Part shown: positions 48,983 through 59,168 of the stretch, one piece after another
How positions within the stretch are numbered: the first letter of the stretch is position 1
Layout of the letters: each line of letters begins with the position of its first letter
Source of the DNA: Armatimonadota bacterium
GTDB lineage: Bacteria > Armatimonadota > SYMT01
NCBI GenBank assembly: GCA_041690135.1
Contig: JAWLHY010000001.1
Coordinates: 832,001 to 896,000, forward strand
Direction: 5' to 3'
DNA: 64,000 nt
Notes under the pieces: model-generated
The model's database searches: none
Told to the model about the DNA's origin: nothing
What the model saw: only the letters and a program-made list of their open reading frames with translations
Program-made: the position numbers and the translations under genes

Positions 48983-49174
48983 GGCAAGGACACGCAGCAG
49001 AGCAAACGATGGACAGCATGATCCGTCCTCGCCACCACGGTGTTTGTTTCACCATCCTGCCGATCGGGGCTCCCCGGTACTTGTCGTGGTTGCGGCGCAG
49101 TCCGGGCCAGGAGATCTCTGCTCTGGTCGCACTACGGGTCAATGGCCCCACGGCAACTCTGTCAGACGGGAAAT

Positions 49175-49442
49175 GTAGGGGCACCCGCCGTGGTTGCCCT
49201 GTTATGGTGTTGATGACGCGGCGCAAACGCGTAGGCGCGTTGGATTCGGTTGGATTTAACGCGGCTGCCCTGCCTACCGGGATACCGACGCGGTTCTTGC
49301 CGAAACCCGTGGCAACCCCGGTTCGGTATAACGGCGGCGTGGTGCACCGGGGCGTCCGGTTTTGCAATCGCTGATCTGACACGCGCCGAGGGCAACCAGG
49401 GCCGATGCCCCTACATTACCGCCTTGCCGCGTTGGTATGATG
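49175..49442. repeat. REPIN-like element, right copy (direct repeat of 48145-48420)
   Basis: REP GTAGGGGCACCCGCCGTGGTTGCCCT at 49175-49200; inverted REP AGGGCAACCAGGGCCGATGCCCCTAC at 49389-49414. Confidence 0.88.
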
Positions 49443-51083
49443 TTACTCGCCGGACGGCGCCGTCCCCCGCTCGGTTTTCTGCTTCTTACCTCGTGCTTTT
49501 TGGGGGGTGCGCTTGCGGCTGGAACGGGCGAGACGCAGGGGCCGGCGCGCCTTCACGTTGCAGGAAAGGGCCCAGTCGGACCATAGGCCGGCGAGTTCCA
49601 CGGCCTTCTCCGGCATTTCACGAGAAAGGTCGCGTACTTCCGTCCGGTCAGTCTCCAGGTCGTAAAGGTTCCAGCGGCCGGTCGCCTTCGCTACCAGCTT
49701 CCACCGACCCTGGCGAACGGCCCGGTTGCCTTCATGCTCCCAGAATACCGTCCGGGGCGTTACCGAGCTTTTCCCCGTGATTATTGGAAGCAAACTCACG
49801 CCCTGGAGCGGTAGTAACTCACCCCCGTTGCGGCTGCTGGGGTAGGTAGCTCCCGCTGCTTCGAGGCAGGTGGGCATCACGTCGAGCACGTGGCCGACCT
49901 GTGGGGTAAGCTGACCTCCGCGGATGCGGTCCGGCCACCAGGCGATGAAGGGGGTCGCAATCCCGCCCTCGTGGACCCAGTGCTTGTAGAGGCGGAAGGG
50001 GGTGTTGCTTGCTCCGGCCCAGGGGCGGCCGTAGCTGGCGTACGACTGAGGGGCGCCAACGGGAATTCCCGCTACTCCCCGATCGATGGTCTCGGCACTG
50101 CCGCCATTGTCCGAGAGGAATAGCACCAGGGTGTTCTCCGCCGCACCCGTGTGGCGGAGCGTGTCCATGATCCGGCCGATGCCCTGGTCCATTCGATCGA
50201 TCATGGCGGCGTAAGCGGCCATTTTGCGATCCCACGCGGCTTGATCCGTCACGTTCTTCCACAACGGCACGGAGGGGTCCCGGGGTGGAAGCTTCCAGGC
50301 CGGATCGATGATGCCCATCTCCCGCATCCGGTGGTAGCGCTGCTTGCGGAGGGCATCCCAGCCCTGCATGTACTCTCCCTGGTAGCGGGCGATATCTTCC
50401 GCGCGGGCGTGGATCGGCCAGTGCGGCGCCGTGTAGGAGACGTACAGCAGGAACGGGTCCTGGTGGGTAGCGGCATCCCGGATGTAGTCCACGGCGCGGT
50501 CGGTAAACACGTCGGTGGCGTACCAGTCCTTACCGCGCGGCGCCACCGTGCGTCCGTCCTCCAGTATGCGGCGCCCGGCCTCGTGCCCGAAGTAGTTGCT
50601 GCCGCTGCCCAGCAGAGCAAAGGACCGCTGGAAGCCCCGATCCTGCGGCAGGCGTCCCGCGCGTTCCCCCAGGTGCCACTTGCCGGAAAGATAGGTCCGG
50701 TATCCGGCCGGTTGAAGCGCCTCGGCGACCGTGAGGCAGCGGTCGTTCAGGAAGCCCTGGTAGGCCGGGTTCTTGCTGCGGGCAGTCATATGGCCGACCC
50801 CGGCCTGGTGGGGGTAGAGACCCGTTAGCAGGGAGGCACGAGTCGGGCAGCAACGGCCATTGTTGTAGAACTGGGTGAAGCGAGCCCCCTCGGCTGCCAG
50901 CCGGTCCAAGTTCGGAGTGCGGATCTCGCTTCCGTAACAGCCGATATCGGAGAAACCGAGGTCGTCGGCCATGATCACCACGATATTGGGTTTCGTGGTC
51001 TGGGCACGCGGTGCGGCGGCGGTCGGAAGGGCGGCAAGCAGGAAGGGCAGTAGAAGGATCGGAAGCTGGCGGAGGGCGTTCAT
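49443..51083 (-). CDS. Arylsulfatase (formylglycine-dependent)
   Basis: PNIVVIMADDLG, CCPTRASLLTG, GKWHLG, SDNG; signal peptide. Confidence 0.95.
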   Translation of the reverse strand: MNALRQLPILLLPFLLAALPTAAAPRAQTTKPNIVVIMADDLGFSDIGCYGSEIRTPNLDRLAAEGARFTQFYNNGRCCPTRASLLTGLYPHQAGVGHMTARSKNPAYQGFLNDRCLTVAEALQPAGYRTYLSGKWHLGERAGRLPQDRGFQRSFALLGSGSNYFGHEAGRRILEDGRTVAPRGKDWYATDVFTDRAVDYIRDAATHQDPFLLYVSYTAPHWPIHARAEDIARYQGEYMQGWDALRKQRYHRMREMGIIDPAWKLPPRDPSVPLWKNVTDQAAWDRKMAAYAAMIDRMDQGIGRIMDTLRHTGAAENTLVLFLSDNGGSAETIDRGVAGIPVGAPQSYASYGRPWAGASNTPFRLYKHWVHEGGIATPFIAWWPDRIRGGQLTPQVGHVLDVMPTCLEAAGATYPSSRNGGELLPLQGVSLLPIITGKSSVTPRTVFWEHEGNRAVRQGRWKLVAKATGRWNLYDLETDRTEVRDLSREMPEKAVELAGLWSDWALSCNVKARRPLRLARSSRKRTPQKARGKKQKTERGTAPSGE

Positions 51084-51245
51084 CAGGGGCGGGACTCACT
51101 CGTTCGCTAAGGGGTGTGCCCGGACCACGCTTCTGCGAGCGAAGAGCACTACCAAGCCCAGACTACGGAGACCGGGTGGGTCCCGGCCTCCGTGAAGGCA
51201 TGCAACGGGGTTGCAAGGTTATTGTCGGACGTCAGCGATGCGGCT

Positions 51246-53321
51246 CTACTTCGTGACGGTGAGCAGCACGGGCTCGCTGGCGTGGCTCACCTTCACCACG
51301 AAGTTGATCGATACCTGTCCGAGAATGGCGATCGGCAGCTTGTCGATGGGCGCGGCGTTGGCGGCCGCCTTGAGCACGATCTTCCCCTTCGTGTCCTTCG
51401 GTCCGAGCAGGGTCTTGCTCGCGCCCTCGTCCAGCGAGACGCCGGGAGGCATCGGGTCGCCGTACTTGCGGCCCAGGTGCCGGAGGTAGACATCAAGGAT
51501 GACGTTCTTCTCGTAACCCTTTTGCCGTACCACGTCTACCTCGATGGTGGCGGTGCCGCCGGGCTTCAGCGACACCTGGCTGGTACTCAGCTTCAGCAGC
51601 ACGTCGCTTGGCTCGGTAACGCTGACGACGTGCGTGTTGACCGCGAAGTTACCGCGACCACCACCGGGGAAGTAGATCTCCTGGGTCGGCGTGACTTCGT
51701 GGCGTACGGTTTCATTCTTGCCGCCGGGAAGCGAGATTTCGGCGCTGCCGAACATCCGGATGCGGCGGAAGTCCGGTTTCGTGCCGGGGGCGGCCCGGAA
51801 CACCACGCAGGCCTGGGTCATATTCGCGGGAATGCGATCCGCCGTTACCGTGACCCCGGGCGGCAGGTTCTCCACGGAGAGCTTGATGTCGCCCGCGAAG
51901 CCGTTACGACGGGTGGCGATGACATACATCGCGTAACCGCTGCCGGGACCGAGCAGCGCCTTATCATCATCGGAGCGCAACTCGAAGTCCGGCCGCGCCG
52001 GAGACGCGGCGACGTGGTAGACATAGGTCGCGCCGCCCCGGCTGTGCAGGTCGCTCACCTGCAGGGCGTAGTCGCCGTCCGCGGGGCAGGTCCAGTCGAG
52101 GCGGCTGTCTTTGCCGTCCGCATCATCGTTGTTCGCCAGCGGTTTCCCCTCGGCGTTGACCACCTGGATGAACGGGTCGAGAGAGGAGCCGTAGCGCCGG
52201 GCAAAGGCCTCAAAGGTGTACGCCTGTCCTTTCGTGCCTTTGAACCGGAACAGGTCGACGTCGTTCTCTTTCTCAATGCGCCCGTTCAGACCGGCGGGGA
52301 GGGAGGTCGCCGTGGCTTTGGCGAAGGCGTCGTTGCCGTCCGTCTCGAGGATCTGCGGCGTGTCGCTGACGATGAACGGCACCGGGTTGGTCATTTCCGC
52401 TCCGGCCTTGAGCCGAACATCCATGGGCCCCGGCTCCATCATCGGCACCTCGACCCGGCTCTGCTGCATCCCGCCCAGGTTGAAGCCGACGGGCTGCACC
52501 TCCACCGGCTTGCCGCGCTCGCCGGCCATCGGATAGAGGTTCACCAGGAACGGCTTCCGCGTCATCATGAGGCAGTAGGTCCAACCGGCCATGCCCATGT
52601 AGCGGACGTCGCGGATCTGGGCGACGTAGTTACCAGCCTTCTCGAACCTGTGGCTGAAGAGCGGGTCCGGTCCGTAATAGTCGTCCGCGGTGGCCAACTC
52701 CCGGCCGGACTCGTCCGTGATCACCAGGATGGGATCGGAGTGAGCGCCCCCGGCGCCGGGCGTGAGGTCGTGGATCTTGTCCTGCAACCGGGAAGAAATG
52801 CAGCTGAAGGCAACCTCTTCGCCGGCATTCACGCTGAACTTGTAACAATCCACGTCCTCCGCGGCCTGGATGACGCCCGAGATCATGGCCGGAAGCGTGA
52901 CGGGGTTGGACTGCGCGAGGGTGTTGTTCCCTTCCTTCTCCGCGACCGCCGGCTCCGTACCCACCACGATCTGGCCCACCGAGGAGATGCCGCGCGGCGT
53001 TACCACTCGGAACTCCCTCGGCCCCAGCGGGGCGTCGGCGGCGGCCGTGATCTTGAGCGCCACCGTATCGGTGGCCTTAGCGGGGTCCGCAGGCGGAACG
53101 ACTTCCGCGGTCAGGCCGGGCGACTCGAACAGCACCGCATAGGCGCCCTGGAAGTTATACCGGCCGGTGAGGGTTACCTGCGTCGTCTGGCCCACCTGGC
53201 ATCCGACCGGGTTGACACTGATGACCATCGGGTAGCAGGTTTGCGCGCGGGCGATCCCGGCGAGGCCGGAACCCGCCGCCAGCAGGCCGGCGATCAAGGC
53301 AAGGCGGGAACTGCTTCTCAT
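51246..53321 (-). CDS. Exported PPC (pre-peptidase C-terminal) repeat protein of DUF1549/DUF1501-type clusters
   Basis: E.EGN(N/D), EDVDCYKF, DVDLFRF, DP...V, NDDADG. Confidence 0.8.
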   Translation of the reverse strand: MRSSSRLALIAGLLAAGSGLAGIARAQTCYPMVISVNPVGCQVGQTTQVTLTGRYNFQGAYAVLFESPGLTAEVVPPADPAKATDTVALKITAAADAPLGPREFRVVTPRGISSVGQIVVGTEPAVAEKEGNNTLAQSNPVTLPAMISGVIQAAEDVDCYKFSVNAGEEVAFSCISSRLQDKIHDLTPGAGGAHSDPILVITDESGRELATADDYYGPDPLFSHRFEKAGNYVAQIRDVRYMGMAGWTYCLMMTRKPFLVNLYPMAGERGKPVEVQPVGFNLGGMQQSRVEVPMMEPGPMDVRLKAGAEMTNPVPFIVSDTPQILETDGNDAFAKATATSLPAGLNGRIEKENDVDLFRFKGTKGQAYTFEAFARRYGSSLDPFIQVVNAEGKPLANNDDADGKDSRLDWTCPADGDYALQVSDLHSRGGATYVYHVAASPARPDFELRSDDDKALLGPGSGYAMYVIATRRNGFAGDIKLSVENLPPGVTVTADRIPANMTQACVVFRAAPGTKPDFRRIRMFGSAEISLPGGKNETVRHEVTPTQEIYFPGGGRGNFAVNTHVVSVTEPSDVLLKLSTSQVSLKPGGTATIEVDVVRQKGYEKNVILDVYLRHLGRKYGDPMPPGVSLDEGASKTLLGPKDTKGKIVLKAAANAAPIDKLPIAILGQVSINFVVKVSHASEPVLLTVTK

Positions 53322-53354
53322 GGTCTTCTTTCCAGGGGTACAGGGGGAACGGCA

Positions 53355-54725
53355 TCAGAACTTGACGGGGGCAATTGCTTCCCCCTTAAGTGCTTTCAGC
53401 ACTTCCTCGGGCTTGGCGAACGCCTGGGCGAACGGTTCGGCGGCCACCGGCACACCGCCGACGCGCCACTCCACCTGTCGCACCAGCGCCTCGGATCCGG
53501 AATAGTAGCCTTCGGGGGTGGCCAGCAGGTACTCGGGCTGCACGCTGCCAACCGGGCTCTCAAAGCCCAGCACGAGCAGGCGCTTGGACGCGGCGTCCCA
53601 GAGTCGCACGAAACCGGTCCAACTGCCCGCCGCCACCCGCTTGCCGTCCGGGCTCAGGGCCGCGGAGAGCAGGTTATCGCTACCGCTGGTGAAGTCATTC
53701 TGGATGGCCCCGGTGGCTCCGTCCCAAAGCCGCACGGTCCGATCCTCGCTCACCGTGACGAACTGCTTGCCGTCCGCGCCGAAGCGGATCTCGTAGACGT
53801 CGCTGCCGTGCCCGCCAACGGTTCGCAGCGACGCACCGGTCTCGACGTTCCACCACCGGATCTGCGGCTCTACCCCGGAGGAGATGATCGATTTCCCGTC
53901 CGGCGAGAAAGCAACGGCGAGCACCTCGTCCCGGTGGCCCGTGAACGCCCGGAGCGCTTTGCCCGTGGCGGCCTCGAACAGCTTGATCGACTTGTCCTTC
54001 CCGGCGGACACCAGTTGCTTACCATCCGGTGAAAAAGCTACGGCCGTAACGAAATCGGAATGGTCCTTCAGGGTCAGCACGTCCTTGCCCGCGTCGGTAT
54101 CCCACAGGCGGACCTGCTTGTCGAAGCCGGCCGTCGCGATCCGCTTGCCGTCGGGCGACCAGGCGAAATCGTAAACCACGTCCGCGTGCCCTGCCAGCTT
54201 ACGGATGGGTTTGGCGGGCGCGGCGCCGTCGTACACCAGCACGGTGCCCGAGATTGCCGGCTTACCGCCGGCAATCCCCAGATACTTACCATCCCGGCTG
54301 AAGCGAAGCTGGTGGACCGCTCCTTCCACGCCTTCCAGGTGCCCCAGCACCTTCCCGGCCGCCGGGTCCCAGATGCTGACCCGCCCGTAAGTGCCCACGT
54401 AGAGGCGAGTGCCGTCCGGGGAAAAGGCGAGCGCGGAGACGGGGGAAAGGGGGCCGGCCTTCACGGCGATTCCGAGCTGGGCCGGGACCTTGGCGGTGGC
54501 CCCAGGCTTCATCGGGACCAGTATGTCCGGCGCCTTCGTCGTGAACGCGAGCGTCACCTCGGTCCGCTTCCTGGCGGGCGCGGCAGCATTGGCGGCGGGA
54601 GTCTTGACCGCCGGAGCGGCGCTGGGGGCCGAGATCGCCGGAAGTGCGAACGTGATCGCCGCCAGTACTCCAGCCACGGCATAACGCTGGGTGGTTGTTC
54701 TCGTTCTGATGTTGGTGGCCTTCAT
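53355..54725 (-). CDS. WD40-repeat protein
   Basis: Repeated GH...V..(V)AFSPDG....S.G.DK.(V/I).LWD. Confidence 0.92.
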   Translation of the reverse strand: MKATNIRTRTTTQRYAVAGVLAAITFALPAISAPSAAPAVKTPAANAAAPARKRTEVTLAFTTKAPDILVPMKPGATAKVPAQLGIAVKAGPLSPVSALAFSPDGTRLYVGTYGRVSIWDPAAGKVLGHLEGVEGAVHQLRFSRDGKYLGIAGGKPAISGTVLVYDGAAPAKPIRKLAGHADVVYDFAWSPDGKRIATAGFDKQVRLWDTDAGKDVLTLKDHSDFVTAVAFSPDGKQLVSAGKDKSIKLFEAATGKALRAFTGHRDEVLAVAFSPDGKSIISSGVEPQIRWWNVETGASLRTVGGHGSDVYEIRFGADGKQFVTVSEDRTVRLWDGATGAIQNDFTSGSDNLLSAALSPDGKRVAAGSWTGFVRLWDAASKRLLVLGFESPVGSVQPEYLLATPEGYYSGSEALVRQVEWRVGGVPVAAEPFAQAFAKPEEVLKALKGEAIAPVKF

Positions 54726-54806
54726 CCGGGTCCCTGAATCGTTCTTTTCCACGCCATTCCAAGTGTTCCGCGGGCAAAACGTCCCGCAGTTCCGCGAGCC
54801 AACTCC

Positions 54807-57596
54807 TCAGTGCTTGAACATGAACTCGCGGGAGTTCAACAGGGCCCAGAGGAGATCTTCGAAGCCTTCCTGTTTACTCGGTGCCTGATGGACCACTTCC
54901 TGCGCCTTAGTTAGCTCGTCGGCCGCGGGCGGGCGGGAATAGGTCACCAGGTACAGCTCTTCGATGATCTCGGGGTCCGGTTTCTTGGCGCCGAGCAGGG
55001 TCGCGATCCGGCCAGTCTTGTGCGCGATCTTGTTCTGCACGTAGCTACTGTTCATCAGGTGGAGCGCCTGTGCCATGTTCGGCTCGGCGGAGCGCTCGCA
55101 TTCGCAAGTGATGGCGCGCTCGGGGCGTCCGAACGTGTCGAGGAAGTAGTTCCTCACGTCCGGATCGGGAAGTTGCACCGCGCGGATGCCGGCCGGAAGG
55201 TTGGGAAACTTGTCGGTGGTAGCCGTGGCGAAGTTGACGGCATCCAGCAGCTCTTCGGCCCCCATCCGCTTGACGGCGTACTTGGAGTAGAAGATCTCGT
55301 CCTGGCGATTCTCCCGCGTGGGCTGCGAGCTGAGCTGGTAGGTCTCGCTCGACATGATCGTCTTCAGGAGGTGCTTCACGTCGAAGCGATGCGCGACGAA
55401 ATCCTTGGCCAGGGCATCGAGGAGCTCCGGATTGCTGGGCGGATTGGTGACCCGCATATCATCGATGGGCTCGACGATGCCGCGACCCATCAGGTAACCC
55501 CAGTAGCGGTTCACGATATTTCGCGCGAACAGCATGTTGTCCGGCGCGGTGAGCCACGAGGCCAGTACGCGGCGCCGGTCGATCGGGTCATCGGCGGGCT
55601 GGCCGTCGAGCGGCGTGGGTTTCATCACCTTGCGGGTGCGGGGGTTGCTCACCTCGCCGGTGGGGTTCAACCGAACCACCTGTTCCTGCCCGAAGAGCCC
55701 GAACTCCTGGCTGCCCTTGAGACCGACCCGTGAGAAGAAGGCGGCGAACTGCCAGTAGTCGTCCTGGCTCCACTTCTCGAACGGGTGGTGGTGGCACTTC
55801 GCACAGGCGAGCCGCACCCCCAGGAACACCTGGCTCGTCGTTTCCGCAAGGTCCGCGGGCGTGCGGGCCACCCGGTAGTAGTTGGCGGGACCCGTGGTGT
55901 ACGTGCTTCCCTGGGCCGTGATCAACTCCCGCGCGAACTGGTCCATCGGCTTGTTATCGCGGAAGGAAGCGCGGAGCCAGTTGTAGAAGGCCCACATCCC
56001 CTTATCGCCCAGCTTGTTCCGGTGGTTCCGAAGCAGGTCGCCCCATTTTAGCGTCCAGTAATCTACGTACTCCGGGCGTGAAAGGATGCTGGCGATGAGC
56101 TTCTGGCGAGCTTTGGCTGCGTAGTGCGTGTTGCGTATTGCGTTACCCGAACCCCGGGGATCAGCAGCGGGTTCGGGTTGACGTTGTTGTGTCGCAGCGT
56201 CTGCCTGCCCCTTAATCGGTTGCTGCGCCTTTCCGGCCCCCGGCCCCTGACTCCCGGCCCCTGACCCCTGGCCCATAGCCCCTACCTGGCGCTCGGCTTC
56301 GCATTCGGCCAGGAACGCCTTCACTTCTTCCGGCTTGGGGAGCTGGCCCAGAACGTCGAGGTAGACCCGGCGGATGAACTCGGCATCCGAGCTGCGGGGA
56401 GAGGGAAGCAAGCCCATCTCCTTCCATTTCGCGGATGTGAGCTGGTCGATGTAGTTCGCGGTTGCCAGCGCCGGGAAACTCTTCAGTTCCTGGTAGGGAG
56501 CGGTGAAGCGGGCGATACTGGCCGCGCCCCGGTAGCGCACCATCACCGAAGTCTCGCCGCGGAGCTGCACCGTGACCAGGCCGTCCGAATCGGCGGAAGC
56601 AAGGGCGTCGTTGAGAGAGTTGAACTGGGTCTTGCGGGTGGCGTCTTCCGTGCTGCCGTCCTGAAACTTCGCCACGGCCACGAGCCGCTGGATCGGCTCC
56701 AGCTTCACGGTCTGCGGCGCGCCTTTCAACTGCGGGAACTGGACGGTGACCGATTGGTCTCCCTCGGCTCGTGGGAGACGCGTGACGGTGTGTGCGGGGG
56801 TCACCTCTACCGAGGCGATCTCCGGTTCGTTCGGGTCCGGTCCCGGCGCGCCGTCCCGCAGCCAGTTCAGGAGCACCTGGTACTCGTAGCTGGTCTTCTT
56901 GAACCGCATGCCACCCGCGTGGGGCGTGCCCAGCACGGGCTTCAACAGCATCAGGCTCTGTTCGGGATCCGTCATCACCACGCGCCGGCCCTCGTTCTGG
57001 CGGACGATGGCGGTGTAGTCGGAGTCGGGGTCGTAGCCCAGCAACGAAAGCCTCAATCCGCCCTTGCCGTGCTGCGCGCCGTGGCAGGCTCCCTGGTTGC
57101 AGCCGGCCTTGGTGAGGACCGGAATCACCTCGTTCTTGAAGCTGGCCGGCACTTCGCGGGTCGCATCCTTCGCGGCCACCTTCACCCAGCCCACGAACTT
57201 GCCCACCACGACCTTGATCTTCCCCTCGCCGTCGCCCGCGGGCGTGGCGAGTCCCTCCGCATTGATGCGGACCGCTTTCGGCGCGAGGGAGACGTAGCGG
57301 GCGTGAGCCGTGAGGTCGCGCCGGACGCCGTCCGAGAACTGCCCGGAGACCAGTACCCGCTGTTCCGCCCGGGGGCCATTCAACGTGAACTCGGAGGGTG
57401 CCGCGGCTATTGAGAGCAGGACCGGCAACTTCGGCGCGGGAGCCTTCTTTGCGACCGACTTGCCCCGTTTTACCGTTTTGGCCGCAGGCCTTGCAGCCGG
57501 ACGCGCCTTCGACTTCGGCGGTGCGGCGACCGCGGACCCGCCGCAGGCCACAGCGGCCGTTACGGCGGCCAGGGAAAACAACCGATGTCGACTCAT
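54807..57596 (-). CDS. DUF1549/DUF1553 domain protein with Ig-like domains
   Basis: GCNQGACHG, EFIRRVYLD, CAKCHHHP, PSNPELLD, CECER, DLLWALLNSREF; GGAGG RBS. Confidence 0.9.
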   Translation of the reverse strand: MSRHRLFSLAAVTAAVACGGSAVAAPPKSKARPAARPAAKTVKRGKSVAKKAPAPKLPVLLSIAAAPSEFTLNGPRAEQRVLVSGQFSDGVRRDLTAHARYVSLAPKAVRINAEGLATPAGDGEGKIKVVVGKFVGWVKVAAKDATREVPASFKNEVIPVLTKAGCNQGACHGAQHGKGGLRLSLLGYDPDSDYTAIVRQNEGRRVVMTDPEQSLMLLKPVLGTPHAGGMRFKKTSYEYQVLLNWLRDGAPGPDPNEPEIASVEVTPAHTVTRLPRAEGDQSVTVQFPQLKGAPQTVKLEPIQRLVAVAKFQDGSTEDATRKTQFNSLNDALASADSDGLVTVQLRGETSVMVRYRGAASIARFTAPYQELKSFPALATANYIDQLTSAKWKEMGLLPSPRSSDAEFIRRVYLDVLGQLPKPEEVKAFLAECEAERQVGAMGQGSGAGSQGPGAGKAQQPIKGQADAATQQRQPEPAADPRGSGNAIRNTHYAAKARQKLIASILSRPEYVDYWTLKWGDLLRNHRNKLGDKGMWAFYNWLRASFRDNKPMDQFARELITAQGSTYTTGPANYYRVARTPADLAETTSQVFLGVRLACAKCHHHPFEKWSQDDYWQFAAFFSRVGLKGSQEFGLFGQEQVVRLNPTGEVSNPRTRKVMKPTPLDGQPADDPIDRRRVLASWLTAPDNMLFARNIVNRYWGYLMGRGIVEPIDDMRVTNPPSNPELLDALAKDFVAHRFDVKHLLKTIMSSETYQLSSQPTRENRQDEIFYSKYAVKRMGAEELLDAVNFATATTDKFPNLPAGIRAVQLPDPDVRNYFLDTFGRPERAITCECERSAEPNMAQALHLMNSSYVQNKIAHKTGRIATLLGAKKPDPEIIEELYLVTYSRPPAADELTKAQEVVHQAPSKQEGFEDLLWALLNSREFMFKH
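56118..56282 (-). repeat. Two heptamer tandem tracts inside the DUF1549 gene
   Basis: TGCGTNN x4 at 56118-56145; CGGCCCC/TGACCCC-like x7 at 56234-56282. Confidence 0.8.
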
Positions 57597-58073
57597 CCTG
57601 CAGACCTCCCACGTGTAGGCCGGTAAGTAACCGGGCAACGGTCTGAACCGCCGCAGCCAGGCTACCCGTTAGGAGAGGTTACGCAGGGAAGCTGTTTCTT
57701 GCTTTTCGATTGCGTGGGCTCCGGAGTCCTCACCACGGAGACACGAAGAAGACCACGGAGAGGAATGGAAAGAGAAAAAATTTCCACCACTTACACGTAT
57801 GGCGGTCGCTGGAATAGTCCGGATTCCCGTGGCCCTCCACGTCATTGCGAGGCCGGCTGTATCACTCTTTGCTGCGAGGTTTTCCCCACGAAAGGCGGGG
57901 ACGTCCATGTTCGTGGACCGCAGCAATGCCGGCCGTGGCAATCCCCCTGGTACGTGGACGCCGGACCTGGTACGATTGCTCCGACAACGCTTGCCTCAAT
58001 ACGCGGGCATAGATTGTTTGTTTCGAGGATTCTTCTGCAGGAGGTGGCGGATAGTGAAGTCCAGTGCGGAGGG

Positions 58074-58808
58074 TCACGCCGCCATCTTCAACCGGCTCCG
58101 GCGGCAGGCCTCGGAGTAGGTCGCCTCCAGGTCCAGCGGAACCACGCCGGCGTTCCGGAGCGCCAAAGGGAGTATGGGGAGAGGTTTTCCAAGCTGAAGC
58201 TCCCCCGGCCAGACCTCGATTTGGTCTCGCAGTTCGCAGCGTGATGGGCGGTAGGCAACAGCGTAGGTCTTAACCGTCGGCGCCAGCGTGAACCGCTCCT
58301 CTTGTTCCAGCAAAGCCACCACCTCGTTGTGGAGGTTGGCCAACCGGTTGGTGACCACATCCACGATGACCAGGCCGATCCCGCGGGTGAGATAGCTGAC
58401 GCATTTCGCGGCAAAGGCTCGTCGGGTCTCGGGGCGGTCCTTGTTACCGGGGCTGACCAGTTCGATGGCGGCCACCAGGGTCGCTCCCGCGGTGGTGGCA
58501 AAGACCTGGACCTCGATGTCATCGGGAAACACCGCCGGCATCACCAGATCGGTCGGGGGTGGCGTCCATCCAACGGTCTGGGGCGCTGGAAACAGTCGGG
58601 AACCTGGCCCCGCGGCCTTCGGCTCTTCCGGTGTGGCGACATCGATTTCCAGTTGGCTGCCGATGTGGATGTGCATGTCGGCGAAGTACTCCTCCGCCAG
58701 TAAGTCGCGGTTGAGTTTCTCCACCATCGCGGCAGCCCACAGGCCATGAAACCCTTCCCAGTTGCGGCGTTCGCTAACGGGGGGATGGAAATGATCCAGT
58801 AGTGGCAT
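58074..58808 (-). CDS. DUF4058 family protein (PD-(D/E)XK/Uma2-like)
   Basis: MPLLDHF, W..FH..W, AIELVSP.NK, LDLEATY...C. Confidence 0.8.
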   Translation of the reverse strand: MPLLDHFHPPVSERRNWEGFHGLWAAAMVEKLNRDLLAEEYFADMHIHIGSQLEIDVATPEEPKAAGPGSRLFPAPQTVGWTPPPTDLVMPAVFPDDIEVQVFATTAGATLVAAIELVSPGNKDRPETRRAFAAKCVSYLTRGIGLVIVDVVTNRLANLHNEVVALLEQEERFTLAPTVKTYAVAYRPSRCELRDQIEVWPGELQLGKPLPILPLALRNAGVVPLDLEATYSEACRRSRLKMAA

Positions 58809-59168
58809 GGCAGCCTCTCCCAATCACAGCCCGAAGTGGAAAGGAAACGACAAGAGCCTCGCGTTTCCCTTTCAGCATACCCGGGTGAAGGTTGGACCGC
58901 CAAGCGGCTGCCCACACGCCCACGGCGGTTGGGACCCGGGCCGGGAATCAGCAGTGGTTTCGAGAGTGACACATTCGAAACGGCCAATACGGCCTTTACA
59001 TGGATAGCTCCACGTGCCCGCCCGAGTTGGGCTGGGACGAAACGGGGGAAACTGAACGGCGGTGTCCGTCTCCAAGGTCTAATACTTGAGCTGCCGGATG
59101 TAGTTTCCTCGTGCGGCAATTAGCGGCTGAGCCAGCGGGCTCAAGGTCGCGGTGATGGACGAATTCCA

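Noticed and set aside
48084-49780. Similar short ORFs on both sides of the RAYT gene
   Set aside because: Their similarity comes from the non-coding direct repeat, and the frames are not consistently preserved
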